DNA of 64,000 nt from an uncultured Desulfosarcina sp. (GTDB lineage Bacteria; Desulfobacterota; Desulfobacteria; Desulfobacterales; Desulfosarcinaceae), in NCBI GenBank assembly GCA_963674945.2, contig CAXXWQ010000003.1, positions 672,001 to 736,000 of the forward strand, read 5' to 3'. A program made the translations under genes and the position numbers. A model generated the notes under the pieces. It saw only the letters and a list, made by a program, of their open reading frames with translations, was not told the origin of the DNA and did no database searches. Shown piece by piece: positions 30,107-41,625 of the stretch; the stretch's first letter is position 1; each line of letters opens with the position of its first letter.

Positions 30107-31041
30107 TGATTTCCTCAAAGGATGCCATTCTGGTTGCAGGGGCAGAGGGATTTATCGGAAAGCACATCGTTAAAGAAATTCATAAAACTGGGAGGAAAGT
30201 CATTTCTGTCGGCCGACATCCGGCGAAAAATGACTTGCCTGGCATTCAACACATCGTAGTTGAATCTGGAAATCCGGAACATTTTTCCGATCTTCTAAAG
30301 GAATGCCATGCGGTCATCTGGCTGGCGAGTGTCAGCACGCCTGGCTCTTCGGCCGGTAAACCACTGGACGAACTTTATGGCAACTTGCAGCCGCTATTGA
30401 CGTTGCTCCATAACATGCAACACAGGAAAGGCTGCAAGCTAATCTATATTTCTTCAGGAGGCACCTTGTACGGTGATGTTGAAAATGACAATGCCACAGA
30501 AGATATGCCAGTGCAGCCCAAGTCATACTACGGTGCAGGAAAGGCGGCCGCCGAACATTTCATTACCGCCTGGAGTCACCAGTTCCGCAGGACAGCTATT
30601 ATCATTCGTCCCTCCAATATATACGGGCCTGGTCAAACCCAACGATATGGATTCGGCATCATCCCCACCGTATTTCAAAAACTTGTTCAAAATCAGCCTG
30701 TCGTCGTCTGGGGAGACGGTGAAGCGACTCGCGATTACCTTTACATCGACGATTTTTCGTCCCTTTGTATGAAGGTACTGGAAAATGAGGTTTTTAGCGG
30801 TACTTGTGTCCTGAATGCGGCAAGTGGCGAGGGTACAAGCCTCAACCACCTTTTAGACCTGATCGAAAAAGTAACCGCAAAACCACTTCACCGTACCTAC
30901 GAACGTGGTCGTACCGTTGATGTAAGACGCGTTGTTCTAAATATTTCATCAGCAATGAAAAGCTGTGATTGGTGCCCCGAAGTCTCCTTGGTAGAGGGGC
31001 TTAACCGGACATGGTCGTGGTTCGAGACATTATACCGATGA
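30106..31041 (+). CDS. NAD-dependent epimerase/dehydratase
   Basis: GAEGFIG, SSGGTLYG, YGAGK, NIYGPG and RDYLYIDD motifs. Confidence 0.92.
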   Translation: MISSKDAILVAGAEGFIGKHIVKEIHKTGRKVISVGRHPAKNDLPGIQHIVVESGNPEHFSDLLKECHAVIWLASVSTPGSSAGKPLDELYGNLQPLLTLLHNMQHRKGCKLIYISSGGTLYGDVENDNATEDMPVQPKSYYGAGKAAAEHFITAWSHQFRRTAIIIRPSNIYGPGQTQRYGFGIIPTVFQKLVQNQPVVVWGDGEATRDYLYIDDFSSLCMKVLENEVFSGTCVLNAASGEGTSLNHLLDLIEKVTAKPLHRTYERGRTVDVRRVVLNISSAMKSCDWCPEVSLVEGLNRTWSWFETLYR

Positions 31042-32075
31042 AAACCAAATCCCAAGATACGCAAGCCAACCCGATTTGTAGTATTTGCATTGCTAATTAT
31101 AATGGTGCAACTGTTCTCGCCGATTGCCTTGATTCGGTAATGTCACAAAAAGATGCACCCTCATTTGAAATAATTGTGCATGACGATGCGTCGACAGATG
31201 ATTCCGTTAAACTCTTGCGAACTCACTATCCACAAGTGATAATCGTTGAAAGCAAAAACAACGTAGGTTTTTTTATCAGCAACAATCGCATGGTGGAACG
31301 GGCCCGTGGAGACTTTATCCTATTACTAAACAATGATGCCGCATTGCATGAAGATGCAATTGCATCATTGTATGACCACGCAATGATACAAAGGCCGCAA
31401 GGAATTCTGACGCCTCCCCAATATGATTGGCGAACCGGCAAACTCGTAGACCGCGGTTGCTTTTTGGATCCTTTTTATAACCCGATTCCGAATCTTTCGG
31501 CAGATCGCAACGATGTTGCAATGGTCATCGGCGCCTGTTTATGGCTGCCGCGGGAATTGTGGCATAAAATTGGCGGATTTCCGGAATGGATGGTATCCAT
31601 CGCCGAGGACATGTACCTTTGCTGTGTGGCCCGCCTTTTTGGATACCCCGTGCAAGTCACCCGATCCAGTGGGTATCGACACTGGCAGGGAATGAATTTC
31701 AGTGGCAGACAAACTGAATGCAGTCTACTGGTTAGCACCTACAAGCGTAGGATTCTCAGTGAGCGGAACAAAACAATAACGATGTTAATAGCGAGCCCGG
31801 CAAGTTTATTATCTGTTGTTTTTCCTTCTCATATAATTCTTCTTGGTATCGAAGGTGCAGTTACTTCACTGTTTACAAAAAACAGAAAACTATTTACCGA
31901 GGTTTATCTACAACTGCCTTTTCTAATATTGAATGTTCGGAGAAAAATTCTCTTTTTTAGGAGGCGAATTCAAAAAAACAGAGTAGTTGGATGCAGCTTT
32001 TTTTTATCTAAATTTCGATTGGTTCCACGAAAACTCATTCTTTTACTTCAATTCGGATTGCCTGAAGTAAATTAA
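31038..32075 (+). CDS. GT2 glycosyltransferase
   Basis: IANYNG, HDDASTD and LLLNNDA. ATGA overlap with the upstream gene. Confidence 0.9.
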   Translation: MKTKSQDTQANPICSICIANYNGATVLADCLDSVMSQKDAPSFEIIVHDDASTDDSVKLLRTHYPQVIIVESKNNVGFFISNNRMVERARGDFILLLNNDAALHEDAIASLYDHAMIQRPQGILTPPQYDWRTGKLVDRGCFLDPFYNPIPNLSADRNDVAMVIGACLWLPRELWHKIGGFPEWMVSIAEDMYLCCVARLFGYPVQVTRSSGYRHWQGMNFSGRQTECSLLVSTYKRRILSERNKTITMLIASPASLLSVVFPSHIILLGIEGAVTSLFTKNRKLFTEVYLQLPFLILNVRRKILFFRRRIQKNRVVGCSFFLSKFRLVPRKLILLLQFGLPEVN

Positions 32076-32208
32076 TGAGAGCTGACTCGAGTATGGAACC
32101 TGAACCAATACTGATAAATTGTCTACATTTCTTCAAGCGAGAATAGGATGAGTAGCATTGAGGAAAACAAATATTAGTAGATAGAGATTTCATTAGGACG
32201 TAAATACC

Positions 32209-33384
32209 TTGAAAGATATACAGAAACCAGAAGATTTGGCTATCAACGGAGCTCCTCCGGCTTTTGATCAAACATTGCATGTTGGCCATCCAAACATTGG
32301 CAACCGTGATGCGTTCATGAACTATATCACAGATATACTCGATCGACGCTGGTTGACCAACAACGGGCCGCTCGTACAGAAGTTCGAACAAAGGGTTGCA
32401 GACTATTTGAGAGTCAAACACTGTGTGTCGATGTGCAATGGTACCGTAGCTCTCGAAATCGCCATCCGAGCTTTGGGTTTGGAAGGTGAGGTTATTATCC
32501 CTTCCTACACCTTCATTGCGACCGCCCATGCATTGAACTGGCAAGCGATCACCCCGGTTTTCGCCGATATCGACCCGAGAACGCACAATCTTGATCCTAT
32601 GGCCGTTCGCCAAATGATCACCCCTCGAACAACGGGAATAATTGGAGTTCACTTATGGGGACGTGCCGCACCCGTTGAGGAATTACAATCCATCGCCGAC
32701 GAGTTTGGTCTAAAGTTGATGTTCGATGCCGCTCATGCCTTCGGCTGTTCGCATGGTGGGACTATGATCGGTAGTTTTGGGATTTGTGAAGCCCTTAGCT
32801 TCCATGCGACTAAATTTCTCAACACTCTCGAGGGTGGTGCAGTAGTTACCAACGATGATGAGCTTGCTGCAGCCATGCGCCTGATGCGCAACTTTGGGTT
32901 CTCAGGCTTAGATAATGTCATCCATCCCGGTACCAATGGCAAAATGATAGAAGTCGCTGCGGCCATGGGCCTCGTTAATATGGAGATCATCGATAGCCTG
33001 ATTGAAACAAATTATAATAATCACATGGCTTATCGAAAAGCGTTGGCAGATATACCAGGTTTAGCCCTACTATCGTATAGCGAGACAGAACGAAACAACT
33101 ACCAATATGTTGTTGTGGAAGTAGACGAGGACAGCCAAGTCTCCCGAGATCGAATCGTAGACGTGTTACATGCCGAAAATGTCCGTGCACGTAGGTATTT
33201 CTGGCCAGGTTGTCATAAGATGCAGCCTTATCGCGCGTTATATCCTCATGCGGGACTCTTGCTGCCGAATACACAGTGCGTTGCTCGGCGGGTAGTGGTA
33301 TTACCAAACGGTCATACGATGAATGAAGACATGATCAACGAAGTCGCCGCCGTGATTCGTGTAGTAATGGAAAACCCGACATGA
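32209..33384 (+). CDS. DegT/DnrJ/EryC1 sugar aminotransferase (VioA-like)
   Basis: NGTVAL, FDAAHAFG and SFHATK (PLP lysine) motifs. Confidence 0.92.
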   Translation: MKDIQKPEDLAINGAPPAFDQTLHVGHPNIGNRDAFMNYITDILDRRWLTNNGPLVQKFEQRVADYLRVKHCVSMCNGTVALEIAIRALGLEGEVIIPSYTFIATAHALNWQAITPVFADIDPRTHNLDPMAVRQMITPRTTGIIGVHLWGRAAPVEELQSIADEFGLKLMFDAAHAFGCSHGGTMIGSFGICEALSFHATKFLNTLEGGAVVTNDDELAAAMRLMRNFGFSGLDNVIHPGTNGKMIEVAAAMGLVNMEIIDSLIETNYNNHMAYRKALADIPGLALLSYSETERNNYQYVVVEVDEDSQVSRDRIVDVLHAENVRARRYFWPGCHKMQPYRALYPHAGLLLPNTQCVARRVVVLPNGHTMNEDMINEVAAVIRVVMENPT

Positions 33385-34097
33385 AGCTCGCCATCATGCA
33401 GCCCTATTTTTTACCATACATCGGCTATTGGCAGTTGATTCATGCTGTGGATCGTTTCGTCATTTACGATGATGTAACCTATATTAAAGGAGGATGGATT
33501 AACCGAAATAGACTCTTGATCAATGGAAAACCTACCTACATTACGGTCCCGTTGGTTCATGCATCATCATATAAGTACATTTATGACACGATTTTACATC
33601 CTTCACTCAATTGGCGCAAAAAATTGTTAAAAACAATTAGAAATACCTACAGAAAAACGGCTTACTTTTCGAATGTGTATCCGATCGTCGAAAAGCTAAT
33701 CAACCATGAGACAAATAACCTTTCCGATTTCCTGGCCAATCAGCTACAAACCCTTTCCACATTCATGGGTATTAAGACTGAATTCGTATTGACCAGCCGT
33801 ATTTATGATAACTGCAGTCTATCCGGAGAGGAAAGAATTATTGATATTTGCAAGCGAGAACGGGCCAAAACTTATATTAATCCAGAGGGAGGACAGACGC
33901 TTTACAATAGCAGCGTCTTTCGTGCCGCAGGCATGGACCTATGTTTTATCGTGATGCGCGTTTTGCCTTATAGACAACGATCGGCCAATTTTACTCCTTA
34001 TCTTTCAATCATTGATGCGCTTATGGAGATTGGACCAATCAATATAAAAAACCACCTTGCAGCGTTTTCCATTGTTAGAAAGTCAGTTTCCACATGA
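33381..34097 (+). CDS. WbqC-family protein
   Basis: MQPYFLPYIGYWQLI, WINRNR and LSIIDAL motifs. Confidence 0.9.
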   Translation: MKLAIMQPYFLPYIGYWQLIHAVDRFVIYDDVTYIKGGWINRNRLLINGKPTYITVPLVHASSYKYIYDTILHPSLNWRKKLLKTIRNTYRKTAYFSNVYPIVEKLINHETNNLSDFLANQLQTLSTFMGIKTEFVLTSRIYDNCSLSGEERIIDICKRERAKTYINPEGGQTLYNSSVFRAAGMDLCFIVMRVLPYRQRSANFTPYLSIIDALMEIGPINIKNHLAAFSIVRKSVST

Positions 34098-34302
34098 TAG
34101 GCGAAACTGCCATGCAGATCTTACAAATAGAAGTGGATGGGTTTGTTTTATCTGTACAAATTGATTATCTCAACGCATGTTATAACTTAAACCGGCTACG
34201 CTGATTTTTATCACACTATGTGGACGAAAACATGTCGAAAAGATTTTTATTCCACCGATGTGAAGGAAAACTTCAGCAACACGTATACAGCGATGGAAAA
34301 AT

Positions 34303-35301
34303 ATGACGGTCCCAAAAGAAGAAAAATTCCGAACAAAAGCTTTTCAACGAAATGAGCAGCTGGAAAAATTACTTCATAAATTAAACGCTTTATTAGGTTG
34401 CTCTGAGGAAATGGCCTTAGACTACTATTCCAAAGAAAATGAAGATTTTCCTATCGTATTCGTAATGGGTCCGCTCAGGAGCGGAACGACTCTGTTCATG
34501 CAATGGTTGGCAAACACAGGTATAGTTGCTTATCCAACCAACCTCATGTCTAGATTCTATGGCGCACCGGTAATGGGTGCATTATTCCAGCTTCTTTTAA
34601 CTGACGATCGTTTCAATTTCCGAAATGAGATACTGGATTTTACTATGCCGATCTCCTTTAACTCTGAAAATGGAAAAACCAAAGGTGCGTTGGCGCCAAA
34701 CGAATTCTGGTATTTCTGGCGGCGCTTCTTGCCATTCAAGGAACTGGACTGGCTATCCGACGAAGAATTGTTACATGTTGTGGATAAAGAGAGACTTGTG
34801 GCTGAACTCACAACATTGACAAGGGTTTTCGGAAAACCTTTTGCACTAAAAAGCATGATTTTGAATTACAATATTCCATTCCTGAATGAAATTTTTCATA
34901 AATCACTTTTCGTTCAATTAAAACGTGACCCAGTGACAAACGTGGCATCCATTTTAGATGCACGAAAGCGGCAACTAGGTAACGAAAATGAGTGGTATTC
35001 CTTTAAAATCCCAGAGTATCCGCAACTAAGAGATCTTGATCCGGTCACCCAGTCTGCCGGACAATTGCATTTCATAAACAAAGCAGTCACACAAGCGATG
35101 TCTATGGTGGATCAATCAAAAAAAATTGTTGTCCAATATGAGACTTTTTGCCAAAATCCTCGACAATTTTTTGAGGAATTAGCCGATAAATTAAGAATCA
35201 ATAAAAAGTGTTACATAGGGCCTGATCGCTTTAACATTTCACGCAACGTGAATTCAAACTGTTTAATTGAAACCGCTTTGGCAAGATTCGTTGGGAAATG
35301 A
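34303..35301 (+). CDS. Sulfotransferase-family protein
   Basis: PAPS-loop GPLRSGTT, RDPV...S and YETFC motifs. Confidence 0.8.
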   Translation: MTVPKEEKFRTKAFQRNEQLEKLLHKLNALLGCSEEMALDYYSKENEDFPIVFVMGPLRSGTTLFMQWLANTGIVAYPTNLMSRFYGAPVMGALFQLLLTDDRFNFRNEILDFTMPISFNSENGKTKGALAPNEFWYFWRRFLPFKELDWLSDEELLHVVDKERLVAELTTLTRVFGKPFALKSMILNYNIPFLNEIFHKSLFVQLKRDPVTNVASILDARKRQLGNENEWYSFKIPEYPQLRDLDPVTQSAGQLHFINKAVTQAMSMVDQSKKIVVQYETFCQNPRQFFEELADKLRINKKCYIGPDRFNISRNVNSNCLIETALARFVGK

Positions 35302-36752
35302 TGACCTTACGTCAAAAAACAACCAATGCATTTAAGTGGAGTGCACTTGATGTGTTTATGCGCCAAGGCCTGCAATTTCTCATTTCAATCATCTTGGCTC
35401 GTATTCTATCACCTAATGATTTTGGTGTGGTTGCGATGCTTGCGTTGTTCGTTGGCGTGGCCAGCATTTTCATCGACAGCGGTTTCAGCGCAGCTCTCAT
35501 TCAGAGGCAGAACACAACGCATACGGATGAGTCCACAGTGTTTTTCTTCAATATCGGAATGGGTTTTTTGGCCGCATTATTACTCAGCATTGCTGCTTTC
35601 TGGATCGCAGCATTTTTTAACGAGCCGACCCTACAATATCTTACATATGCAATGTCTTTCAACCTGTTTGTTAATTCCTTCGGTTCTATCCATAATACGA
35701 TGCTTATCAAGGAAATGAACTTTAAGACCATAGCCAAAGCCGGCATCGTCAGTTCATCGACAGCAGGTATGTTGGCTATATTTTTGGCTTTCAGGGGCTA
35801 CGGTGTCTGGAGCTTAGCAGTACAGTCAATAACAACAAGCATCATTTCGGTCCTGCTACTTTGGTACTGGCACTCGTGGCGCCCCAAATGGACGTTCAGC
35901 TTAATTTCATTGCGGTCTTTTTTTCGATTTGGCGGCTATGAGATGGCAGCAACACTGATTGACGTCTTTTCCAACAACCTTTATTTGATTTTAATAGGGA
36001 AAATATACTCCCCAAGCGATGTGGGGTATTATGATCGGGCGCAACGGACGCAGCAATTGCCCATCACACTGATGATGAACATTACAAATAGAGTATTTTT
36101 CTCAGTATTTTCAACTTTATCGAATGACAAACCCAAATTGATTAAAGGGTTACGCAAAGCGCAAGCCGTAGCAATGTTTGTGAACATACCGTTAATGGTA
36201 GGTGTCATCTTGCTCGCCGAGCCACTTATACTAACTTTATTCGGACCACAGTGGTTACCCTGCGTTCCAGTTTTACAAGTCTTAGGAATAGGCGGTTTCT
36301 TGTGGCCTTTACATGTTCTGAACTTAAACATTTTAAAGGCGCAGGGGTATTCAGATTTGTTCTTTCGAATCACAATACTTAAAAAAGTCGTTTCGATCAG
36401 CCTGACTATAGCCGCAAGCTACTACGGAGTCATAGCAATTGCCTGGGCGCAGGTCGCTACCTCCATCATTGCTTATTTTGTTAACACTTATTATACCAAA
36501 GTGTTTTTGTCCTACAGCGGATTGAAACAATTGGGCGACTTGGCTGCGAATTTTATATCGGTTCTTCCAATGGCGATTTCACTCTACTTCTTAACAAACC
36601 TGATGCAAGAAGCATCGTATTGTGTGAAACTTATTTCTGCAAGTGTTCTTGGCGGTCTAATTTATTTGGTGACTTGTCGATTGTTGTGTTCGGAAATAAT
36701 AAATGAATTTTTATATATAATTAAGGAACGAAAACATGTTCCGCAGATGTAA
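35298..36752 (+). CDS. wzx: Wzx-type polysaccharide flippase
   Basis: ILARILSPNDFG, DSGFSAALIQ and many TM helices. Confidence 0.88.
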   Translation: MMTLRQKTTNAFKWSALDVFMRQGLQFLISIILARILSPNDFGVVAMLALFVGVASIFIDSGFSAALIQRQNTTHTDESTVFFFNIGMGFLAALLLSIAAFWIAAFFNEPTLQYLTYAMSFNLFVNSFGSIHNTMLIKEMNFKTIAKAGIVSSSTAGMLAIFLAFRGYGVWSLAVQSITTSIISVLLLWYWHSWRPKWTFSLISLRSFFRFGGYEMAATLIDVFSNNLYLILIGKIYSPSDVGYYDRAQRTQQLPITLMMNITNRVFFSVFSTLSNDKPKLIKGLRKAQAVAMFVNIPLMVGVILLAEPLILTLFGPQWLPCVPVLQVLGIGGFLWPLHVLNLNILKAQGYSDLFFRITILKKVVSISLTIAASYYGVIAIAWAQVATSIIAYFVNTYYTKVFLSYSGLKQLGDLAANFISVLPMAISLYFLTNLMQEASYCVKLISASVLGGLIYLVTCRLLCSEIINEFLYIIKERKHVPQM

Positions 36753-36802
36753 ATAAAAAAAACACAAAGAGGTTTGCTGTTTTACATATTAAGGTGCGCT
36801 AA

Positions 36803-37456
36803 ATGGATCCACGCAATACTATTTTAAATTTCATAAAAATTATTATTGTTCTTGCAAGAGAACAAAGGAATAAAGCGAGAATAGCAGCAGCAAAAAAAAT
36901 AGTAAAGAAAAATACAAAGCCTTACCGTCTCAATATAGGTTGCGGAAAATCATATTTTGATGGATGGTTGAATATTGATCTTGATGAGAAAGGACCTGCG
37001 GATATAAATATTGATGTCCGATGGCCACTACCATTTGAGGAAAACTCCTGCGAGTTGATTTTTACGGAACATACTCTCGAACATCTAACCGTAGAACACG
37101 GGGTCGGATTTCTAAGAGAATGCTTTCGCATACTGAACAAAGGTGGAATATTGAGAATTGCAATTCCATCTTTAGATAAGCTCATCCAACGAAGTTATGA
37201 AGGGAATTGGCGTGATGCCGATTGGTTATCTTGGCCTGAATATAAACATGTCAGTACGCGAGCTGAGATGATTAACTTGGCGTTTCGTTCATGGGGACAT
37301 CAATGGTTGTACGACCAAGAAGAGCTTTACAGAAGATTAAGAGAAGCGGGATTTGCAGAAATTACTAGCTGCGAGTGGGGAAGGAGCAGACTTATTGACC
37401 TTTGTGGACGCGAGACAAGAAAAGATTCATTGTTAATCGTTGAAGCGGAAAAGTAA
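36803..37456 (+). CDS. SAM-dependent methyltransferase
   Basis: LNIGCG, GWLNID, EHTLEHL and RILNKGG motifs. Confidence 0.85.
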   Translation: MDPRNTILNFIKIIIVLAREQRNKARIAAAKKIVKKNTKPYRLNIGCGKSYFDGWLNIDLDEKGPADINIDVRWPLPFEENSCELIFTEHTLEHLTVEHGVGFLRECFRILNKGGILRIAIPSLDKLIQRSYEGNWRDADWLSWPEYKHVSTRAEMINLAFRSWGHQWLYDQEELYRRLREAGFAEITSCEWGRSRLIDLCGRETRKDSLLIVEAEK

Positions 37457-37457
37457 A

Positions 37458-38417
37458 ATGAAACAATATAGAACCAACCAGTCGTGCAAATCTGAGGAGT
37501 CAATGCACCATTCCCCACTGGTTAGTGTATGCATCATTACTTACAATCATGAAAGATATTTATCTAGGGCAATAGACTCCGTGTTGCGCCAGGAAGTTGA
37601 TTTCGAATTTGAAGTAATCATTGGTGAAGATTATTCCAGTGACTCTACACTGCAAATCGCATTCTCATATCAAGATCAATACCAGAACCGCATCAAAGTG
37701 GCACAATCTGGTAAAAAAAAGAAGTTATTGATCGATGGCCATCAAACCGGTCGATTTAATTTCCTCAATGCGCTGCAAAAATGTCAAGGGAAGTACATTG
37801 CCCTTCTTGATGGAGATGACTATTGGCTTGATTCGAATAAACTGCAAAAGCAGGTTGATTACCTGGAGAATCATCCGGACTGTTCATTTTCTTTTCACAA
37901 TGTTTACTTGCAAGTTTACGACAACCAGTCCACATTTAAGAAGACGTATCTATCTGATACATTCTATAATAATAAGAACTTGCGGCATCTCTTGGTACAG
38001 ATCAATTATGTTCCGACATCTTCGGTTGTTTTCAGGAACAATGTTCCCGAATTTTTTCCTGAAATATTCTACAAATGCATGTTTGGAGACTGGCCCCTCC
38101 ATATTTTGAACCTAAACTACGGCAATCCTGGATATCTGAAGGAAACCATGAGCGTATATCGATTCGGATCAGGAATATGGACGAAAAAAACAAAGGTTGA
38201 TCAAATGCAGCCTATACTAAAATTTTACGATTGGATTTATGAAATCGCCCCCCAAGATATACGTGGTTTAATCCCGTTTGCCTTGGCGAAAAATAATATT
38301 AAAATGGCATTTGAATGCTTAAAGACGTTAAAATTATATAATTTTTGTGTTCATTTGACCATGGGTGTGTATCACTGGTTGTTTTGGTGTCTAAAAACAA
38401 GACGGCTTTCTTATTGA
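37458..38417 (+). CDS. GT2 glycosyltransferase
   Basis: VSVCIITYNHE, GEDYSSD and LDGDDYW motifs. Confidence 0.9.
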   Translation: MKQYRTNQSCKSEESMHHSPLVSVCIITYNHERYLSRAIDSVLRQEVDFEFEVIIGEDYSSDSTLQIAFSYQDQYQNRIKVAQSGKKKKLLIDGHQTGRFNFLNALQKCQGKYIALLDGDDYWLDSNKLQKQVDYLENHPDCSFSFHNVYLQVYDNQSTFKKTYLSDTFYNNKNLRHLLVQINYVPTSSVVFRNNVPEFFPEIFYKCMFGDWPLHILNLNYGNPGYLKETMSVYRFGSGIWTKKTKVDQMQPILKFYDWIYEIAPQDIRGLIPFALAKNNIKMAFECLKTLKLYNFCVHLTMGVYHWLFWCLKTRRLSY

Positions 38418-38420
38418 GAG

Positions 38421-39701
38421 GTGTTGACGATGTCTCCCAATATTACCGACGTTAAACCTCTGATCCTTAACACCTACGATAGTCACGGCGGCGCGGCAAT
38501 CGCAACCTATCGCATTCATGGTGGCCTTCGTTCAATAGGTATCAATTCCTTCATGTTAGTACAGGCTAAAAAGACCAATGATCGCAGTATTATCAACCCT
38601 TCAACGAGACTTTATAAACTAATGGGATCACTGAGCGGCGATCTTGATAAAATACCATTATGGTTCTACCCTCAACGAAAGGCACCCCTTTTTTCTCCAT
38701 CCTGGTTTCCTGGTTTTCTATCTCGGGGATATAACCCTTGTAACTATGATATTGCGCATCTATTCTGGATTGCTAACGGCGCGCTCAGGATAGAAGCCAT
38801 AAAACGAATACGGCAACCGATTGTCTGGACCCTACACGATATGTGGCCTTTCACTGGAGGATGTCACTACGATGATGAGTGTGGAAAATTCAGGCACTCT
38901 TGTGGAAGTTGCCCCCAATTGCTTTCATCCAAAGATAATGATTTATCCAGACGCGTTTGGAAACGCAAACAGCGAACCTTCAAGTCCCTACCCATCGTTG
39001 TTGTCGCGACAAGCCAATGGCTCGCCTCGATGGCGGCTGAAAGCTCTCTTTTCAAAAATAAGCGGATTGAGGTAATTCCCAATGGCATTGATACTGATCA
39101 TTACAGACCTCTGGATAAAAGAGCAAGCCGTACAGCATTTCATTTGCCGTTGGAAAAACGTCTTATTTTATTCTCCGCTTTCGACGCGGCGTCTGACAAG
39201 CGTAAAGGAGGGCAATTTCTTCTTCAGGCCCTAAAAAGAATCACACAGAAAAAAAACGATGATTCTACTGAAATAGTCATATTAGGAGCATCTTCACCTG
39301 ATAACTTTCCGGACTTAGGCATAAAGGTTCACTGTATGGGCTATTTGAATGATGAGATCAGCCAGATATTACTGTATTCGGCAGTCGATGTTCTCGTAGC
39401 GCCTTCATTGCAGGAAAACCTATCCAACACGGTGATGGAATCTCTTTTATGCGGCACCCCGGTTGTTGCTTTCAATATTGGGGGAATGCCGGATTTGATT
39501 GATCATCGCAAAAGTGGATATTTGGCAAAGGCATTCGATGCTGAGGATTTGGCGAAGGGTATCGTGTGGACAATCGAAAATGATGATCGCCACAACAAAT
39601 TATCTCGCTGTGCTCGAGAGGCGGCCAAGATGAAGTACAACCTTCAAAAGGTTGCTCATCAGTATCTGTCTTTGTACGAAGATGTCTTACATCAGAATTG
39701 A
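38421..39701 (+). CDS. GT4 glycosyltransferase (WcaC-like)
   Basis: GGAAIA, WTLHDMWPFTGGCHY and ENLSNTVMES motifs. Confidence 0.9.
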   Translation: MLTMSPNITDVKPLILNTYDSHGGAAIATYRIHGGLRSIGINSFMLVQAKKTNDRSIINPSTRLYKLMGSLSGDLDKIPLWFYPQRKAPLFSPSWFPGFLSRGYNPCNYDIAHLFWIANGALRIEAIKRIRQPIVWTLHDMWPFTGGCHYDDECGKFRHSCGSCPQLLSSKDNDLSRRVWKRKQRTFKSLPIVVVATSQWLASMAAESSLFKNKRIEVIPNGIDTDHYRPLDKRASRTAFHLPLEKRLILFSAFDAASDKRKGGQFLLQALKRITQKKNDDSTEIVILGASSPDNFPDLGIKVHCMGYLNDEISQILLYSAVDVLVAPSLQENLSNTVMESLLCGTPVVAFNIGGMPDLIDHRKSGYLAKAFDAEDLAKGIVWTIENDDRHNKLSRCAREAAKMKYNLQKVAHQYLSLYEDVLHQN

Positions 39702-39744
39702 TCATTCACTGAAGAATTTTATTAACAAACAATCATGAAAGATA

Positions 39745-40647
39745 CTAGGGGCGCCTTCTTGTTATTCTTTCAAAAGCATCGAACGCAGTACAATACATTT
39801 TTGTACCAAGGAATGAAATTAAGAGACATGCAAACGCAGTAGGATCGCTTGGCTTCGCCCTCATGGATTTGATTAAGTATTTTCGTCCTTCCGATAACTT
39901 ATTTGCCAAACAATAATTACTTCCTATGCCTAAAAGATGTTTTGCTTTAATATTTTTCTTTCCAACAATATCATCGTAATATTTTTGATAGATCCGTTTG
40001 TAGGAAATGGCCTTTACAAGTCGATTCGACTTATTCACACTTTTAGGCGTATCACCGACTGTTACCAGTGAGTCGCTGATAAAACCAAATGAATACGTTT
40101 TCGCCAATCTGAGAATTAAATCCCAATCTTCAAGACAGTACAATTTATCATCAAAAAAAATTCCTTCGAAACATCTTTTGTGCGCCATCAAAGTAGGAAG
40201 GCCAATAAAATTATACAACAACAAATCATTATAAATTTGGCCATATTTCTTTTTAACATTTTTTCCTGGAGTAACTCTTTCTTCACCTTGAATGCTTTTT
40301 GTAAATGCGGAATAGACAATATTTATTTTATTATCTTGAATAATTTCTATTTGCCTTTCAGCTTTTGTTCTATTCCATATATCATCATCATCATTAAACG
40401 CGATATATTCACCTTTGGCGATGTTTAACCCAACATTCCGTGAATTGGAAGCCGATCGATTGATCACTTTACGATAGTTGATTCTTTCATCATTTAAACC
40501 AACAACAACTTTGTTGGTTACATTATCTTCAGATCCGTCTACAACAATTATCTCGATATCCTTTATCGTCTGATTTAGAATACTATTGATGGAACGCGCA
40601 ACCAATTTGGGCCGGTTAAAGGTTGGTATAATCACACTAATTAGCAT
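39745..40647 (-). CDS. GT2 glycosyltransferase
   Basis: ISVIIPTFNR, FNDDDD and EDWDL motifs. Confidence 0.9.
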   Translation of the reverse strand: MLISVIIPTFNRPKLVARSINSILNQTIKDIEIIVVDGSEDNVTNKVVVGLNDERINYRKVINRSASNSRNVGLNIAKGEYIAFNDDDDIWNRTKAERQIEIIQDNKINIVYSAFTKSIQGEERVTPGKNVKKKYGQIYNDLLLYNFIGLPTLMAHKRCFEGIFFDDKLYCLEDWDLILRLAKTYSFGFISDSLVTVGDTPKSVNKSNRLVKAISYKRIYQKYYDDIVGKKNIKAKHLLGIGSNYCLANKLSEGRKYLIKSMRAKPSDPTAFACLLISFLGTKMYCTAFDAFERITRRRP

Positions 40648-40678
40648 TTGATTTTCTTCGCTACCGGCAAAGGCATCT

Positions 40679-41551
40679 TTAGTCTACCGTATAAAACCTT
40701 GTTTTTCCTGAAATAATCCTTACAAAATCAGCCAATATTTCGACGATTTTTTTACCGTATACGATTTCAACAAAAGAATACATTTTATATGCGATCAAAT
40801 TAGCCCTGCTTTTAAATAAGTTCGGTGAAAAACCATTTTTTAATAGCACATTGTTAAATTCAATCTGCATTGCAGATAAGCTACTGATGCGTGTACTTAT
40901 ACCAGCAGACGCCATTTTACTTACGATTAAATCATCTAAGAAATATGCATCCTCGTTTTTCAATGTCCTAACCAAAAGATCGTAGTCAGACGCTATCTCA
41001 AATTGTTCATCAAAGGTTCCTTTTTCCTGGAAAACGGAGTGATGATGAAAGCAAGCTTGATGGGGTATCATCATTTTTTCGGTAAAAAATTTTGATTTGA
41101 TGCTACGCCAATCTTCACCGTGGGAACTTAATACATTTCCATTTTTGGAAATCAAGTGCAGCCTTCCATAGACGATTCGATATCGTTTGGTGTTCAATGG
41201 TTTTATTAAGGCAATATATTTCTCCAATGTACGATTGTCATGAAAACAATCATCCGCCCCTATAAATATGATCCAGTCGCCTTTCGTTCTCATCAAGGCT
41301 TTATTCCATGCATGCGCAATTCCTCTGTCCGGGGATGATTCCCAGAAAGAAATGAAATTGTTGTTTTTTCGGATTATATCTACGGTACCATCTTCCGACC
41401 CACCATCGATGATTACAAGCTCTTTAGCGGGAAATGACTGATGGACGAAACTGTCTATACATCTTTGCAGATGCGAAGCCCCGTTCTTGACTGCAACCAC
41501 GACAGAGATAAGCGGCTTTCGTTTAGATTTTTCTTGATCGGTACGGATCAT
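40679..41551 (-). CDS. GT2 glycosyltransferase
   Basis: IDGGSEDGT, GIAHAWN, GADD and PHQA motifs. Confidence 0.9.
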   Translation of the reverse strand: MIRTDQEKSKRKPLISVVVAVKNGASHLQRCIDSFVHQSFPAKELVIIDGGSEDGTVDIIRKNNNFISFWESSPDRGIAHAWNKALMRTKGDWIIFIGADDCFHDNRTLEKYIALIKPLNTKRYRIVYGRLHLISKNGNVLSSHGEDWRSIKSKFFTEKMMIPHQACFHHHSVFQEKGTFDEQFEIASDYDLLVRTLKNEDAYFLDDLIVSKMASAGISTRISSLSAMQIEFNNVLLKNGFSPNLFKSRANLIAYKMYSFVEIVYGKKIVEILADFVRIISGKTRFYTVD

Positions 41552-41625
41552 TTCAGACCTTTTACGTTAACAGTTCCGCACTTCTATAATTGGGAAAAAT
41601 ATTACTAATCGTTTTTGTGAATTCT